Shown here: positions 14,165-26,348 of the stretch, one piece after another | Numbering within the stretch: position 1 is the first letter of the stretch | Layout: the number at the start of each line of letters is the position of its first letter | NCBI GenBank assembly: GCA_025594325.1 | Contig: JANHCV010000001.1 | Span: 2,976,001-3,040,000 of the forward strand | Direction: 5' to 3' | DNA length: 64,000 bases | DNA from: Blastocladiella emersonii ATCC 22665 | Taxonomy: Eukaryota > Fungi > Blastocladiomycota | Notes under the pieces: model-generated | Databases searched by the model: none | Told to the model about the DNA's origin: nothing | The model's input: the letters and a program-made list of their open reading frames with translations, nothing else | Translations under genes and position numbers: made by a program

Positions 14165-16836
14165 TTACTTGGCGGCCTTGTTGGCGTCCTCCTTGAGGCC
14201 GATCGTCTTGTTGACGACAATCTTCCAGTCGGCGGGCTTGTTGCCGTCGAGCTTCGAGTCGGGGTCGACGCAGAAGTAGCCGACGCGCGTGAACTGGAAC
14301 TTGAGTCCCTCGACGGACCGGAGCTGGGCGTCGGACGCCTCGCGGTGCTTGCCGTCGTTGTCGGCCGACGACGAGTAGGCGATCTTGGCCTTGGCCATGG
14401 CCTTCTTGTTGGCCTCGATGTGCGCGTGGATGCCCGTCTCGATGAGGGCCTCGACGACCTGCAGCGAGTCCTGGTCCACGTCGTTGAGCCAGCCGCCCTC
14501 GGCGTCGTCGGGGAACGCGCTGCGGAACAGCGGGTGGTAGACGCGGGCCTCGGCGCGCACGGGCGACCCCTGCTTGGGCGCGTGCGCAACCCAGTGGATG
14601 TACGTCTTGGGCTTCTTGCCCGTGGCCGCGTACTTGACCGTGATCTCGGTCACCTTGCCGTCCGCGTCCACCTGGTGCGACTCGTACGTGATGGGCAGCT
14701 TGACCGACAGCAGGCCGACCGACTGGCCGGGCGCGAGCCGGTAGAAGTCGGCCGACGACTCGGTGCGGAAGTCGTCGCGCTCAATGTAGAACGACTTGGT
14801 GAAGGGCAGCTTGCGCACGCCGGCCGCCGGGTCGCGCGGGTTGTTGGCGACCTCGACCCACTCGAGGTGGTTCTCGGGCAGGTTCGACACGGTCACCTTG
14901 ACGGGGTCGAGCACCGCGAACAGGCGCGGCGCCGAGTCGTTGAGCACCGACCGCACGTAGTTGTCGAGGCGGCCGACCTCGGTGAGCGAGTTGGACGTGG
15001 TGACGCCCGTGGACCGCACGAACGTGTTGATGGCGAGCGCGGGGAACCCGCGGCGGCGCAGCGCCACGATCGTGTACATGCGCGGGTCGTCCCACCCCTT
15101 GACGATGCCGTCGGCAACGAGCTTGTTGAGCTTGCGCTTGGACATGACCGTGTTGTTGATGTTGAGGCGGCCCGACTCCCACTGCACGGGCTTGTACAGC
15201 TTGAGGGCGTCGACGAGCCAGTAGTACGACTCGCGCGACTGGCGGAACTCGAGCGTGCACAGCGAGTGCGTGATGTTCTCGAGCGAGTCGACCAGGCAGT
15301 GCGTGTAGTCGTACGTCGGGTAGATGCACCAGTCGTTGGCCGTGCGGTAGTGCGGCGTGTACTTGATGCGGTACGCCGCCAGGTCCCAGAACTGCGGGTT
15401 GCCCGACGTCATGTCCATCTTCATGCGCAGGATCGCCTCGCCCTCGGCGTACCGGCCCTGGCGCATCTTCTCGAACTCGCGCACCGACTCCTCGATCGGC
15501 CGGTTGCGGTGCACGCACTCGGTGCGCGGGCCCTTGGCCGCGCCGCCGCGCTGCTCGAAGATCTCCTCGCCCGAGCAGTGGCACACGTACGCCTTGTCGT
15601 ACTTGATGAGCTGCACCGCGAGGTCGTACAGCTTGCCAAAGTAATCGGACGAGTACGTGATCTTGAAGGGCGCGAAGCCGAGCCACCGCACCGTCTCCTC
15701 GATCGTGTCAAAGTACCGCTTCTCCTCGGCATCGGGGTTGGTATCGTCGAAGCGCAGGTAGCACACGCCGTCGTGGACCTGGGCGTACCCGAAATCGATG
15801 TTGATGGCCTTGGCGTGGCCAATGTGCAGGAAGCCGTTGGGCTCGGGCGGGAACCGCGTCACGACCTTGCCGCCCGTGGCCTTGAGGTGCTCCTCCATGA
15901 GCTTGGGGTCCGTCTGCGGGTTCTCTCCGGGCTTGTGCAGGCGCGCAATCTCGCCCTCGAAGAACATGCTCTTGAGCATGGCCTCGGGGTCGATCTTGGC
16001 CTCGGCGGCGGGAGCGGCAGCGGCCGCGGCGGCACCCTTGCCGTCCTTCTTGCCGCCCTTCTTGCCGTCGGGGGAGCCGCCCGGAGTGGCGGCCGCCGAC
16101 TCCTTGGCCTTCTTCTTGAGCAGCTTGGGGTCGTCGCGCTCGTCCTTGGGACCGAGCAGGGCGGCGAGCTGGTCGTCGACCTGGGTCTTGACGGTGAGCG
16201 GGTTGGCCCAGCGCAGCGGCGAGTTGCGGGCCTGGCCCAGCAGGAAGCCGAGCGAGCGGTAGCGGTCGGCCTCGACCTTGGCCTTGTTGGCCTCGATCAT
16301 CTCGGCGACCTGCGCGGCCACCTCGTCGTCGGTGAACGACACGCCGACACCGCACTCGGTCTCGTAGTCGGCCGTCTCGAACGTGTCGGTCTTGAGCTTG
16401 TCGAAGAACTTGACAGCGGCTACACACGCAATGGGACGTGGTGTGAGCTCGCAGGCGATCCGTCGTCGCGAGTGCAGCAGCGACGCGTCGTACCAGCGAC
16501 CTGCTCGTTGGTGGTGAGACGCTCGGCGCCGACCTCCTTGGCAATGAAGGCAAGATGCTGGGTCGCGTTCTTGGTGATGAGCGTGGCGAGCTGGTACAGC
16601 AGGAAGCCGGTCTGCTTGGGGACCTCGGCGTCGGCAGCGAAGCCGGCCTGGTAGTTGCGGCGTGAACGTTAGATCGGCAACTTCGGGCGCAGTCGCAAGA
16701 CGTCTGGCGCACGCGCACATACGTGGTCGAGGGCCTCGGCCAGCGTCGGGGCCAGCTTCTTGTTGCCGGCCGTCTCACGGGCCTTCTCCTCGTTGAGGCC
16801 GATCTTGAGGAAGCGCGCCTCCAGAGCGTCGGTCAT
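14165..16836 (-). CDS. GLN4: Glutaminyl-tRNA synthetase. Exons 16836-16723, 16647-16494, 16419-14165
   Basis: TRFPPEPNGFLHIGHAKA (HIGH motif), LRFDDTNP, HSLCTLEF, VMSKRKL, GWDDPRM, FQFTRVGYFCVD. Eukaryotic N-terminal appended domain; canonical introns. Confidence 0.97.
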
Positions 16837-17037
16837 GGTGGCTGGCGTGGTGTGCAAGTGGTCCGTGGACGTCCGTAGCAGATGGTTCGTCGGGAAGAGA
16901 GCGGAGAGAGGAGGGAGAGACGAAGGTCGCGACGGGCAGCGGCCAGCCGCGAGGAGCGGCGATCCCAAGCAAATCACAGGACTCCGAGATCACATGTGCG
17001 GCGCGCCTCGCTCCGCTGCTCTCTGCCGACGCTCACC

Positions 17038-18724
17038 ATGGTCGCGACGCTCATCCTCGATAACGGCGCCCATGCTATCAAGGCTGCCCTCCACTTGGCG
17101 CAATCACCCGTGCGGTATGCTGCCCTAGGGCTGCGCCGCCCGCACATGAATCGACCGGCGCAGGCACTCATGAAAGCTCATGCATGGATCACAGGTCCTT
17201 TCCCAATGCCATCATCAGGGGCACCGTCGACCGCCGCGTGCTCGTCGCCGATGAGGCCGACAAGCTGAACAACGTGTCGGGCATCCTCTACCGCGTGCCG
17301 TTTGAGCGCGGCTTCCTCGTCAACTGGGAGGCGCAGAAGGTCATCTGGGACCGCGTCTTTGCCGAAGAGAACCTCGGCGTACGCTTGATTTATGCTCAAA
17401 TGTGAGGATTTGTCTGAATCGCTACTCGCTGTTCAGATCGACCCGACCACGACGCGCCTGGTCCTCACGGAACCCGTCTTCAACCCGCCGAGCATCCAAA
17501 ACGCCTACGATGTCATGGTCTTTGAAGCGTACCGCTTCGCGTCGTATGTTCGACTTACGGGTACGCATTCACTGTCAGTTACGCGCGAAACACGCGCTGA
17601 TTCGCAGCTGTGTAGCCCCGCAAGCTGCAACCTACTCGCGCGAGATCAAGCTCTCCGAGTGCCACCTCATTGTCGATGTCGGCTACTCGTTCACCAACGT
17701 TGTCCCGTTCGCAAACCACAAGCCCATTGACAAGGCGATCCAGCGGTGCGTTTGCTCCCCAGTGTGCTCACATCGCCTCTCGACTGACTCGCACTCTGCA
17801 GGATCAATGTCGGCGGCAAGCTCATGACCAACGTGCTCAAGGAGACCATCTCGTTCCGCCACTACAACATGCTCAACGAGACGTACCTCGTGAACGTGAT
17901 CAAGGAGACGACCTGCTTCGTGTCCGACGACGTGGACCGCGATCTCGCCATCTGCCAGGACGCCATGTACGACCGCGCGCGCAACCCGCTGCTCGCGCTG
18001 TACGTGCTCCCCGACGGGACCAACCAGCTCGCCGGCCGCGTCAAGGCGCCCGACGAGAACATCTCCGCCGACGAGCAGGTCCTGCCCATGAACCACGAGC
18101 GGTTCATGGTCCCCGAGGTCCTCTTCAACCCGTCCGACATTGGCATCGAGCAGTGCGGGATCGCTGAGGCCATTGTGCAAGCTGTCACTGCGTGCCCCGA
18201 GGGTATGCTGCTCTTACATGCCCACACCACCCACCTGCTCACATTGCTCGATTGTAGAGATGCGCGAGCTCATGTACGACAACCTCATTGTGATCGGCGG
18301 CTGCGCTGCGCTCCCGGGCTTCGAGGCGCGCCTGACCGACGAGCTCCGCAGCCTCGCGCCTGCCGAACACGCGATTCACATCACTGTGCCCGCGGACCCG
18401 GCAACGTTCGCCGCCAAGGCCGCGGCGTCGATCCCGGCCGCCGTCCTCGACACACTGACCGTGACGCGCAAGGAGTACCTGGCCGCGGGCAGCCAGATCT
18501 GGCGCACGCGCGGGCTCGCGCGCGAGATCCCGGCGCACCTGGTGCCGTCCGAGGACCTCCGCGGCGGCGCGGGCGAGTCGACGGGCCGGTCGCGCAAGTC
18601 GACTGCGACGAGCTACGCCGAGTCGTCGGACGACGAGGATGACGACTCGGATGATGACGACGATATGGACGTTGACGAGGCGGGACCGCGTTCGCGCCGT
18701 GGCCGCGCCTCACGGACCAAGTAG
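17038..18724 (+). CDS. ARP6: Actin-related protein 6 (SWR1 complex), 7 exons
   Basis: LILDNGAHAIKA, PFERGFLVNWEAQKVIW, LVLTEPVFN, IVDVGYSFT, INVGGKLMTNVLKETISFRHYNMLNETYLVNVIKE, ERFMVPEVLFNPSDIG. Six GT-AG introns restore frame. Confidence 0.92.
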
Positions 18725-18780
18725 ATCTAGCCGCGTTTTTCGAATGCAGGATACGATTTACCGGTATACACAAATGGAGC

Positions 18781-20493
18781 TCACTCGTCCATGCCCTCCT
18801 CACCGTCGCCGCCCTCGGCCAACATCTGCTCGATCTCGCCGACCTCCTGCTCCATGAGCTTGACCCAGCGGAGCACGCGGACCGCGTCCTGGACCATGTT
18901 CCCGCGCTTGAGCGCGAGGGCGTGGCGCTTGGCCTCGGCGATCGCCGCGCGCAGCTGCGCCGCGTACGCGGGCATGGTGAGTGCGCCGACCGAGACCTGG
19001 ACCTGCAGCATGTTGAGCTTGGTCTGGCAGAAGAAGGCGCGGCTCTGCGACTCGTCCGAGGACGGGGCGGCCGACGCCGCCTTGATCTCGTGCTCGAGGA
19101 CCAGGCACGACACGAGGTGGTCCGTCGACTCGAGCCACGCGAGCGTCGCCTGCAGTTCGGCGGAGACGGCCGAGGCGGCCGAGTCGTCGGCCACCGCGTC
19201 GGACGCGGCGGGTGGCGCCGGGGATGGCGCGGCCGGTTTCGCGGGAGCCGGAGCGCTGGGTGTCGGTGCGGGGTTGTTCGCGGGACGAGCGGGCGATGCT
19301 GGCCGCGGTGGCGGGGGCGACGCCTTGGCCGGGCTCGGCGGCCGAATCGGCGCGGACGCAGGCGATGCAGCGGGCGAGATCGGGGTGGGTGCGAGTACGG
19401 ACACGGCCGGCGACGTTGGCGCGCTCGGAGCCGCGGAGCCAGCCGCGAGGAGCGTCCAGCGCTCTTTGCGGATGATGACATCGGAGCGGACGAGCGGCGT
19501 CTGCATACGGAGCTTGACCTGGAGCGTGGCGCCGGTCGGGCGGCGCTTGTCGTCAACGAGGTTGATGGTCTCGACGAGCTCGGCCTTGGTGAGGAGGCCG
19601 TCGAGCTTGACGATGCCGCGGCCGAGCAGTCCGCGTGACGACAGGAAGCCGAGGCCGAGCAGGCCGCCGGTCTGGTAGTAGACCTCGAAGGTGGCCTTGC
19701 GGCGCTCCATGTGGCGCTGCAGGCCGCGGTTGGTGCGGTCAATGGCGATCTTGAAGGAGCGGTCGAAGGTGACGTCGGACGTGGTCGTCGACGTGGCGGG
19801 CGTCTCGCCCTTGCCCGTGCCGTCGGGGTAGCCCACGTCCCAGGTGACGACGACGGGGATCGACGCGCCCGCGGCGTAGCCGGCCTTGAAGAAAGGCAGC
19901 TGCGACGCGCGTACGATGACGACCTCGTACTCATTCGCGGACAGGTCGGCGCACCGGTTCTCCTGCTCAAACGCCACCTCCTCGAACTCGAGCGGCGGGG
20001 CGGGTGCGCCGGCGGGCAGGCCCGCGAGCGACTCGGCGTCCTGGTTGAGGCGCTTCATGAGGCGGCCAAACTTGAGCGCCTCGGCCTTCTTCTGCTTGCT
20101 GAGGTAGTAGATGGACGCGGTCTTGGCAAGCGCGGCCTGCTCCTTGAGCTTCTCGATGAGCGCGGGGACGGCGATGGTCGGTGTCGCGGTCGAAGGTGCG
20201 GTTGGACTAGTCGGCGAGCCCGTGTTGGGCGGCGCGGACATGAGCTCGTCGAGGAGCAGCGGTGGCGGCGCGGCGGGGAGCTCGGGCACCTCGGCGGCAA
20301 TGTCGGCCCACTCAATGACGCCCTCCTTGACCATCTCAATGTGCTCGAGGATGTCGTGACACGTCTTGGCGCGGCGCAGATACTCGAGCGCCTGCGTTTT
20401 CTCGTTCTTGCGCTTGTAGTACACGGCGGCGAGCTTGCACTGCGACTCGCGCTCGCGGGCGGCCGCCTCGAGGGCGGCGATGTTGGATGACAT
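18781..20493 (-). CDS. CC2D1A/B (Lgd)-like protein: DM14-like helical repeats, C2 domain, Pro-rich linker, C-terminal helical domain. Intronless
   Basis: DM14-like repeats (KLAAVYYKRKNEKTQALEYLRRAK; AKTASIYYLSKQKKAEALKFGRLMK). C2-like FDRSFKIAIDR...KKATFEVYYQTGG...KLDGLLTKAELVETINLVDDKRRPTGATLQVKLRMQTPL. C-terminal SCLVLEHEI and YAAQLRAAIAEAKRHAL. Confidence 0.8.
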   Translation of the reverse strand: MSSNIAALEAAARERESQCKLAAVYYKRKNEKTQALEYLRRAKTCHDILEHIEMVKEGVIEWADIAAEVPELPAAPPPLLLDELMSAPPNTGSPTSPTAPSTATPTIAVPALIEKLKEQAALAKTASIYYLSKQKKAEALKFGRLMKRLNQDAESLAGLPAGAPAPPLEFEEVAFEQENRCADLSANEYEVVIVRASQLPFFKAGYAAGASIPVVVTWDVGYPDGTGKGETPATSTTTSDVTFDRSFKIAIDRTNRGLQRHMERRKATFEVYYQTGGLLGLGFLSSRGLLGRGIVKLDGLLTKAELVETINLVDDKRRPTGATLQVKLRMQTPLVRSDVIIRKERWTLLAAGSAAPSAPTSPAVSVLAPTPISPAASPASAPIRPPSPAKASPPPPRPASPARPANNPAPTPSAPAPAKPAAPSPAPPAASDAVADDSAASAVSAELQATLAWLESTDHLVSCLVLEHEIKAASAAPSSDESQSRAFFCQTKLNMLQVQVSVGALTMPAYAAQLRAAIAEAKRHALALKRGNMVQDAVRVLRWVKLMEQEVGEIEQMLAEGGDGEEGMDE

Positions 20494-20799
20494 GGTTTCG
20501 TTGCGCTCAGTTACATGCGATGGCGATTGCGATGAGGTTCCTTGGAGGGGAGGGAGAGAGGCAATCGCGACGAGCAAGCAGGCGGCAGGGCAGGCGGCTG
20601 AGGTTTTCGGCGCGTGTCACTGGCGCACGTGGGATGCCGTCACATTCATGCGGGCCGAAAACTGGGTTTTCAAGCCGGAACGCGTCGATCCGACGCCGCC
20701 GCCGAGCGAGCCGTGCAGCTCGCCCTCTCTCCCTCCCCTCCAAGGATCTGCCCGGTTGATTTAAGACTTCCACGTAGCATACACGCACCCTGTAACACC

Positions 20800-21769
20800 A
20801 TGTCGTCCGACGCCACCGTCCAGCAGCCCGCGAGCACCAAGGGCCAGCCGTCGGCCGTCAAGTCGTTCCTGTCGGGCGGCTTCGGCGGCATCTGCCTCGT
20901 GGCGGCGGGCCACCCGCTCGACCTGATCAAGGTCCGCCTGCAGACGTCCAACCAGTACAAGGGCATGGTCGACTGCGCGCGCCAGACGATCGCGCGCGAG
21001 GGCGTGCGCGGCCTGTACCGCGGCATGGCCACCCCGCTGATCGGCGTCACCCCGACCTTCTCCGTGTGCTTCTGGGGCTACGACCAGGGCAAGCGGCTCG
21101 CCCGCTACCTCGGCGACACGGCCCCCGACGCCCAGCTGTCGCTGACCCAGATCGGGTTCGCCGGTGCCCTGTCGGCCGTGCCCACCACGCTGCTCATGAC
21201 CCCGATGGAGCGCATCAAGTGCGTGCTGCAGGTCCAGACCGAGGGCAACATCAAGTACAAGGGCCCCGCCGACGCGGCCCGCGGCATCATTGCCGAGTCG
21301 GGCGTCAAGGGCCTCTTCACCGGCACCACCGCCACCCTCGCCCGCGACGGTATCGGCTCGGTCGGCTACTTTGTGGCCTACGAGGGCATCAAGCGCGCCC
21401 TGACCCCCGAGGGCTCCAAGCCCGAGGACCTCTCGGCCCTCGCCGTCTTCATGGCTGGTGGTATGGCCGGTATGGCCAATTGGGCCATCGCCATCGTACG
21501 TCACTCGCGCTGCTGCTGTCGCGTCCGAACCCTTACTGACCTGTCCCACATCACCGTAGCCCCTCGACGTGCTCAAGTCGCGCCTGCAGACCGCCGCCCC
21601 CGGCACCTACACGGGCCTGGTCGACGTCTTCTCCAAGACGGTCCGCAACGAGGGCGCCTCGGCGCTGTTCCGCGGTCTCGGCCCCGCCATGACCCGCGCC
21701 TTCCCCGCCAACGCCGCCTGCTTCATGGGTGTCGAGGTCTCGATGAAGGTCATGAACTCGATGTGGTAA
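20800..21769 (+). CDS. CRC1: Mitochondrial carnitine/acylcarnitine carrier (SLC25A20/CRC1-like), intron 21496-21559
   Basis: Three carrier signatures (HPLDLIKVRLQ, TPMERIKCVLQ, PLDVLKSRLQ). SFLSGGFGGICLVAAGHP, GLYRGMATPLIGVTP and RAFPANAACF are typical of this carrier. Confidence 0.88.
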
Positions 21770-21882
21770 GCTCCTTCTACCCGTCCGTCCCCCTCCAAGC
21801 GTGCTCGCCGTGATCACGTCAAAATCCTCGTATACTACCCTTGCCCCCGTAACATGTTTCCTTCTTGCACACCGCCCCACCC

Positions 21883-22954
21883 TCACTCGGTCTGGTGCAC
21901 CAGCATCGGCGCCTCGCTCGGCAGCAGGAACGGGAGCACGGTCTCGAGGAACGACTCGACCGAGAACTGCATGTGGTCGCCCGGCAGCTCGGCGAACACG
22001 AGGTCGCCGCGGTCGTCGAGCGTTCGCAGACCGAGCGAGTCGCGCTTGTACTGGGTCGTGTTGTGCAGCGGGACCAGCGTCGTCGCGTCGATGAGCTCAG
22101 AGAACCACGCCGTCTCGGCCGGGATCAGCACCGTGTCGTCGGCGTGCTTGACCAGCACCAGCTTCTCGAGCGCGCGCACCCGGTCCGCGTACTCGACGTC
22201 CTCGGTGTTCTCGTTGTTGACCGCCGGCAGGAACAGGTTGCCGCGACGGTACGCGTCGAGGTCCCACTGCGTCTACGGTTCGTGGTTAGCACCATCGCCA
22301 GAGTCCAGCGTTGGCCCGACAAACCCGTACCCGCACGTATCCCGCCTGGACGACCTTGTGCTGGACCGACGGCACGTACGCGCCACGGCGCAGCGCCGCG
22401 CGGGCGATCCCGCACCACAGCGGCTGCGCCGTGCACCACCCGGCGGGCACGTCGGCGATCCCCTGGTGCGGGCTGGCGAATGTGATGAGCCGGTGGACCT
22501 TGACCTCGGGGCACCGCTGGATCAGGGCGCGCGCGAAGAGCCCGCCCTGGCTGAACCCGATGGCGTGGATGCCGTGCTCGCGCAGCCCGGGGACCGCGCG
22601 CAGCTGCGCGCACACCTCGGCGACCTGCTTGGAGATATCGTCGAGGTAAGAGCGCATGCGGTCGGCGTTGGCGTCGCGGCCGACGAGCACGCGGTGCACG
22701 GTGAGGCCGTGCGCCTCGAGCGCGATCGCGAGCTTGCGCATGCCCGGGTCGTCACCCGAGTCGCCCATGCCGTGCCACAGGACAACGGGGCGCGCGATGG
22801 TGGGACCGGGCGCGGCGAGGCGGTTGCCGCGGACCCATGTCGGGCCGCCGGGCAGCGAGGCGCGGTCGTCGTAGACGCGCATGCGCGGCGAGTAGGCCAG
22901 TGTTGCCGCGGCGAGCGCGAAAAAAACGACAAGAGCGCGGCGATGAAGATTCAT
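21883..22954 (-). CDS. PPT1: Palmitoyl-protein thioesterase 1, secreted/lysosomal, intron 22330-22273
   Basis: Signal peptide, PVVLWHGMGDS, nucleophile elbow AIGFSQGGLFARALIQRC, LITFASPHQG, FLPAVNNE, GDHMQFS. Confidence 0.9.
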
Positions 22955-23196
22955 GGTTGCGATGGGTGCAGGGGAGAAGGAATCGAGGCAGCGGGCAGAA
23001 CGCGTTGACCTGCGACATGACGCGACGCGACTCTTTTTCCCATGACCTCAAGTCACGCCTCGCTGGCGGACCGCGCTACGCCACAGCCATGGCTTAAAAA
23101 AGTAGACGTATGTAGAGAGGAGGAATGGCGGAATCAACAGGTGGGGGGCGAGCGGGCGGGCGGGGTGGTGACGTTCGAGCGAGGTGAGCGCGACGC

Positions 23197-23568
23197 TTAT
23201 GCGCTCTCGGAGGCGGTACCGCGGCTCAGCACGGCGCCGACGGCCAACGCCTTGCCCTCCTTCTCGAGACGCGCCTGCTCGGCGAGCTCGGCGGCGCGCA
23301 GCTCGTTGGCCTTGGCGGCAATGGTCTTGGCGCGGGCAACCTGTTGGTGCAGGAAGTGCGAAGGGAGGGGTCAGCGGGATAGATCGGGCGGAGCGATGTG
23401 CAGGCGAACACGGACCTCCTTGCGGTGGTGCAGGCACTCGAGGTAGTCGGCCTTGAAGGGGGCGCAGACCGTGTTGGGCTCGTCGGCGGTCAGGTAGCAC
23501 TTCTGCAGGTCCTGGAAGAAGGCGAAGCAGCGCGAGCGGCCGCCGTTGAGCGCGAAACCGGAGGCCAT
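23197..23568 (-). CDS. NDUFS5: Complex I NDUFS5-like (15 kDa/NIPM) twin CX9C subunit, intron 23415-23341
   Basis: MASGFALNGGRSRCFAFFQDLQKCY...CAPFKADYLECLHHRKE, the typical fungal pattern. GTCCG...CAG intron. Confidence 0.88.
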
Positions 23569-24212
23569 GGTGGTGGAGACGAGCTACGCGGAACGGTGCG
23601 ACGATGGCAGCGGCGTGAGCCTATGCTATCGGTGTCGTGCGTGGTGGCGAGGAGGGGTCCCGATCGCGGCACTGTTCGACGCTTATCCGGCGGTCCCAGC
23701 AGGGCAAAGGTTGGCGCAAAGAAAAGTTGTCGGGAGCGGCGGGGCTCAAGAGCCGAGGGGTAAAGTCGTAGTGCCCAGGACCACTTTGGATCGGCCAGAG
23801 CTCCGCCACAGTCGCGCGAGCGAGCCGCCCTGGGACCGCCGGACCGCGCCGCCATAAATTTCATGGACAAGGTGTTTCATTGCATACTGTGGAGCGGAGT
23901 GTAGCGTTACGGAGAGCCTTCCCGATGGTTAGGAGCCCGATACAGCGACGCCAGCGGCCACAACGGCGCGGCTGGCTGCAGCGACAGAGGAGCGCTGAAA
24001 ACCCGGGTCAGGTGATGCGGGCTGACTCGAGGCAAACAGGTTTCCGCTCGCCGCTCCGCAACGTTGCCGGCCATGGCGACCTGATCGGCCGAGCCTTCAG
24101 ACCCGCTGGGACGACGTAGTACCACCACGGAGCACGCAGCGCACTCGCTGCATCCCCACGCAACGCATCGACACCCTTGGATCCTGCCAGCGCTGCGCAC
24201 CCGCTTGCAAAC

Positions 24213-25217
24213 ATGCTCATGCGCGGCCTCCTCGGCACCGTGCGCCGGTCCATGACCACGGCCGCCACGCCCAACCTCGCTGCCGCCGCGGCTACGGCTG
24301 CGGCCACTAAGGCGGCGCCCGCCATCAACGCGGCTGCCCCGGCTGCCGCTGCCGCCACTAACGAGGCCCCTGCTGCCACTGAGGCCCCCGCTGCCGCTGC
24401 CACCACTGCTTCCGAGTCGGTGCCACCACCAGCACTCGACGCCGAGGCCGATGGCGAGAAGGTGATCCGCATCAAGCCCGTGTACGAGCCGCCGACGGTC
24501 CAGGCGCTGATCCGCGACTTTGCGACGCACACGCCCAAGTACCTCGCCGCGCTGCCGCACTCGCTGTATGCGGCGCCGATCCGGCGCGACATCATGCACC
24601 GCTGCGTCGTGTGGCAGCGCGACGCGATGCGCCAGGGCACGCACGCCGTCAAGGGCCGCGCCGACGTGCGCGGTACCACGCGCAAGTTTGCGCCGCAGAA
24701 GGGCCGCGGTGCCGCGCGTGTGGGCTCGCGCCGCGCGCCGCAGTGGCGCGGCGGTGGTGTTGCGCACGGTCCCGTGCCGCGGTCGCACGCGACCGAGCTG
24801 CAGGCCAAGGTGCGCGAGCTCGGCGTGCGCACGGCGGTCGCGGCCAAGTACGCCAGCGACCAGCTGGTGCTGACGACCAAGATCGAGCAGGACACGGTCA
24901 AGGACGGCAAGACCCGCAACCTCGCGGCCATCCTCAACACCCACTACAAGCCGCGGACCGTCGAGGGCCTCACGCTCGCGGGCAAGCACGTTGGCCGCGA
25001 GTACTCGTCGGTGCTGATTCTCGCCGGCATCGAGGACGCGCCCACGCCGCTCGAGCGCGCCGCCGGGAACCTGCCCGACGTCAAGGTGCTCCCCGTCACG
25101 GACGTGAACGTGTACGACATTCTGCGCCACGAGTACCTGGTCGTCGACCAGCCCGCGCGCAAGTGGCTCGAGTGGCGGTTGAAGCCGACGCTCGCGTCCA
25201 TGTCGCGTCGCCGCTGA
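24213..25217 (+). CDS. MRPL4: Mitochondrial ribosomal protein uL4m
   Basis: Arg-rich acid-free presequence. IRRDIMHRCVVWQRDAMRQGTHAVKGRADVRGTTRKFAPQKGRGAARVGSRRAPQWRGGGVAHGPVPRS and VNVYDILRHEYLVV. Confidence 0.93.
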   Translation: MLMRGLLGTVRRSMTTAATPNLAAAAATAAATKAAPAINAAAPAAAAATNEAPAATEAPAAAATTASESVPPPALDAEADGEKVIRIKPVYEPPTVQALIRDFATHTPKYLAALPHSLYAAPIRRDIMHRCVVWQRDAMRQGTHAVKGRADVRGTTRKFAPQKGRGAARVGSRRAPQWRGGGVAHGPVPRSHATELQAKVRELGVRTAVAAKYASDQLVLTTKIEQDTVKDGKTRNLAAILNTHYKPRTVEGLTLAGKHVGREYSSVLILAGIEDAPTPLERAAGNLPDVKVLPVTDVNVYDILRHEYLVVDQPARKWLEWRLKPTLASMSRRR

Positions 25218-25574
25218 GCTGGGATGGATGTCCCGCACTCCTCATTTTGTTTCCCCCTCCACCTACTGCCAATCGACCCAGGGCTCTCTTGGGCTAGGAA
25301 TATATAGTACTCAATGCTTATCCAGAAAAGCTGGATAGCCACGTGTGACGAGCGAATACCGTGCTGACGTAAAACGCGACGCGAGCTGCGACTCACACGG
25401 TTGAGCTGGCTGGCCGGCCGACGGGAACCTCGTGGAAGGACACCCGCTGGGTTGGGGCCCGGGGACTGGCCGTCGGCCCGCTCTCCATAAAAGCCAGCGG
25501 ACCGAGCGCACCTCCCGCTCTCGCAACTCAACCGAGCCCGTCCTTCCTGCTCTGCACTCCTATCAACCACCACC

Positions 25575-26270
25575 ATGACGTCCTACGAAGTGATGTACTT
25601 CCCGGCCACGGGCCGCGCCGAGATCATTCGTCTCGTCCTCGAGGCTGCCGGTGTACGCACCCTCTTCCCGAACGACACCCTCGCCTCCGGCCGCGCGTCG
25701 CTGACGGTTCCTTCTTGCCTCTAGGCCACGTACACGAACAAGTACCCCAAGGACTGGCCCGCGGAGAAGGCGTCGCTGCCGTTCGGCCAGCTGCCCGCGC
25801 TCGTGATCAAGGCCGACGGCAAGGAGGAGACTGTCGCGCAGACGTCGGCGATCGTGCGCTACCTGGCCAAGAAGCACGGTCTCGTGCCCGAGTCGGAGCA
25901 CGAGCTGTTCATTGCCGATAGTCTGGCCGAGTCGGTGCGCGACGTCATGGAGGCCATGATCACGGTGGTCTGGCGCACGCCCGAGGACAAGAAGGAGCAG
26001 GCCAAGGCCGACCTCAAGGAGAAGACGATCCCCGCCTTTGTCAAGGCCCACGAGAAGTTCCTCGCCGCCAACGGCAACAATGGCTATTACTTCGGTAGTA
26101 AGCTCACGTACATCGAGCTCGCCGTCTTCAACCTCGTCGAGGGCATCAACTCCGTGGTCCCGGGCAGCTTCACGCCCGAGAACGCGGCCCCGATCCTCAA
26201 GGTGTCGGAGAACGTCAAGAACCTCCCCCGCATCAAGGAGTACCTGGCTTCGCCCCGCTTCCACAAGTAA
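25575..26270 (+). CDS. Glutathione S-transferase (sigma-like), intron 25653-25724
   Basis: YEVMYFPATGRAEIIRLVL, LPFGQLPAL, AQTSAIVRYLAKKHGL, GSKLTYIELAVF, PRIKEYLASPR. Confidence 0.9.
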
Positions 26271-26348
26271 GGGTGTTGCAGCGCGTCGTGTCGCTCGGAT
26301 CGGAGTGTAGCATCGGTGAATACAGTGAATGTGTCAAAACCCCGAAAT

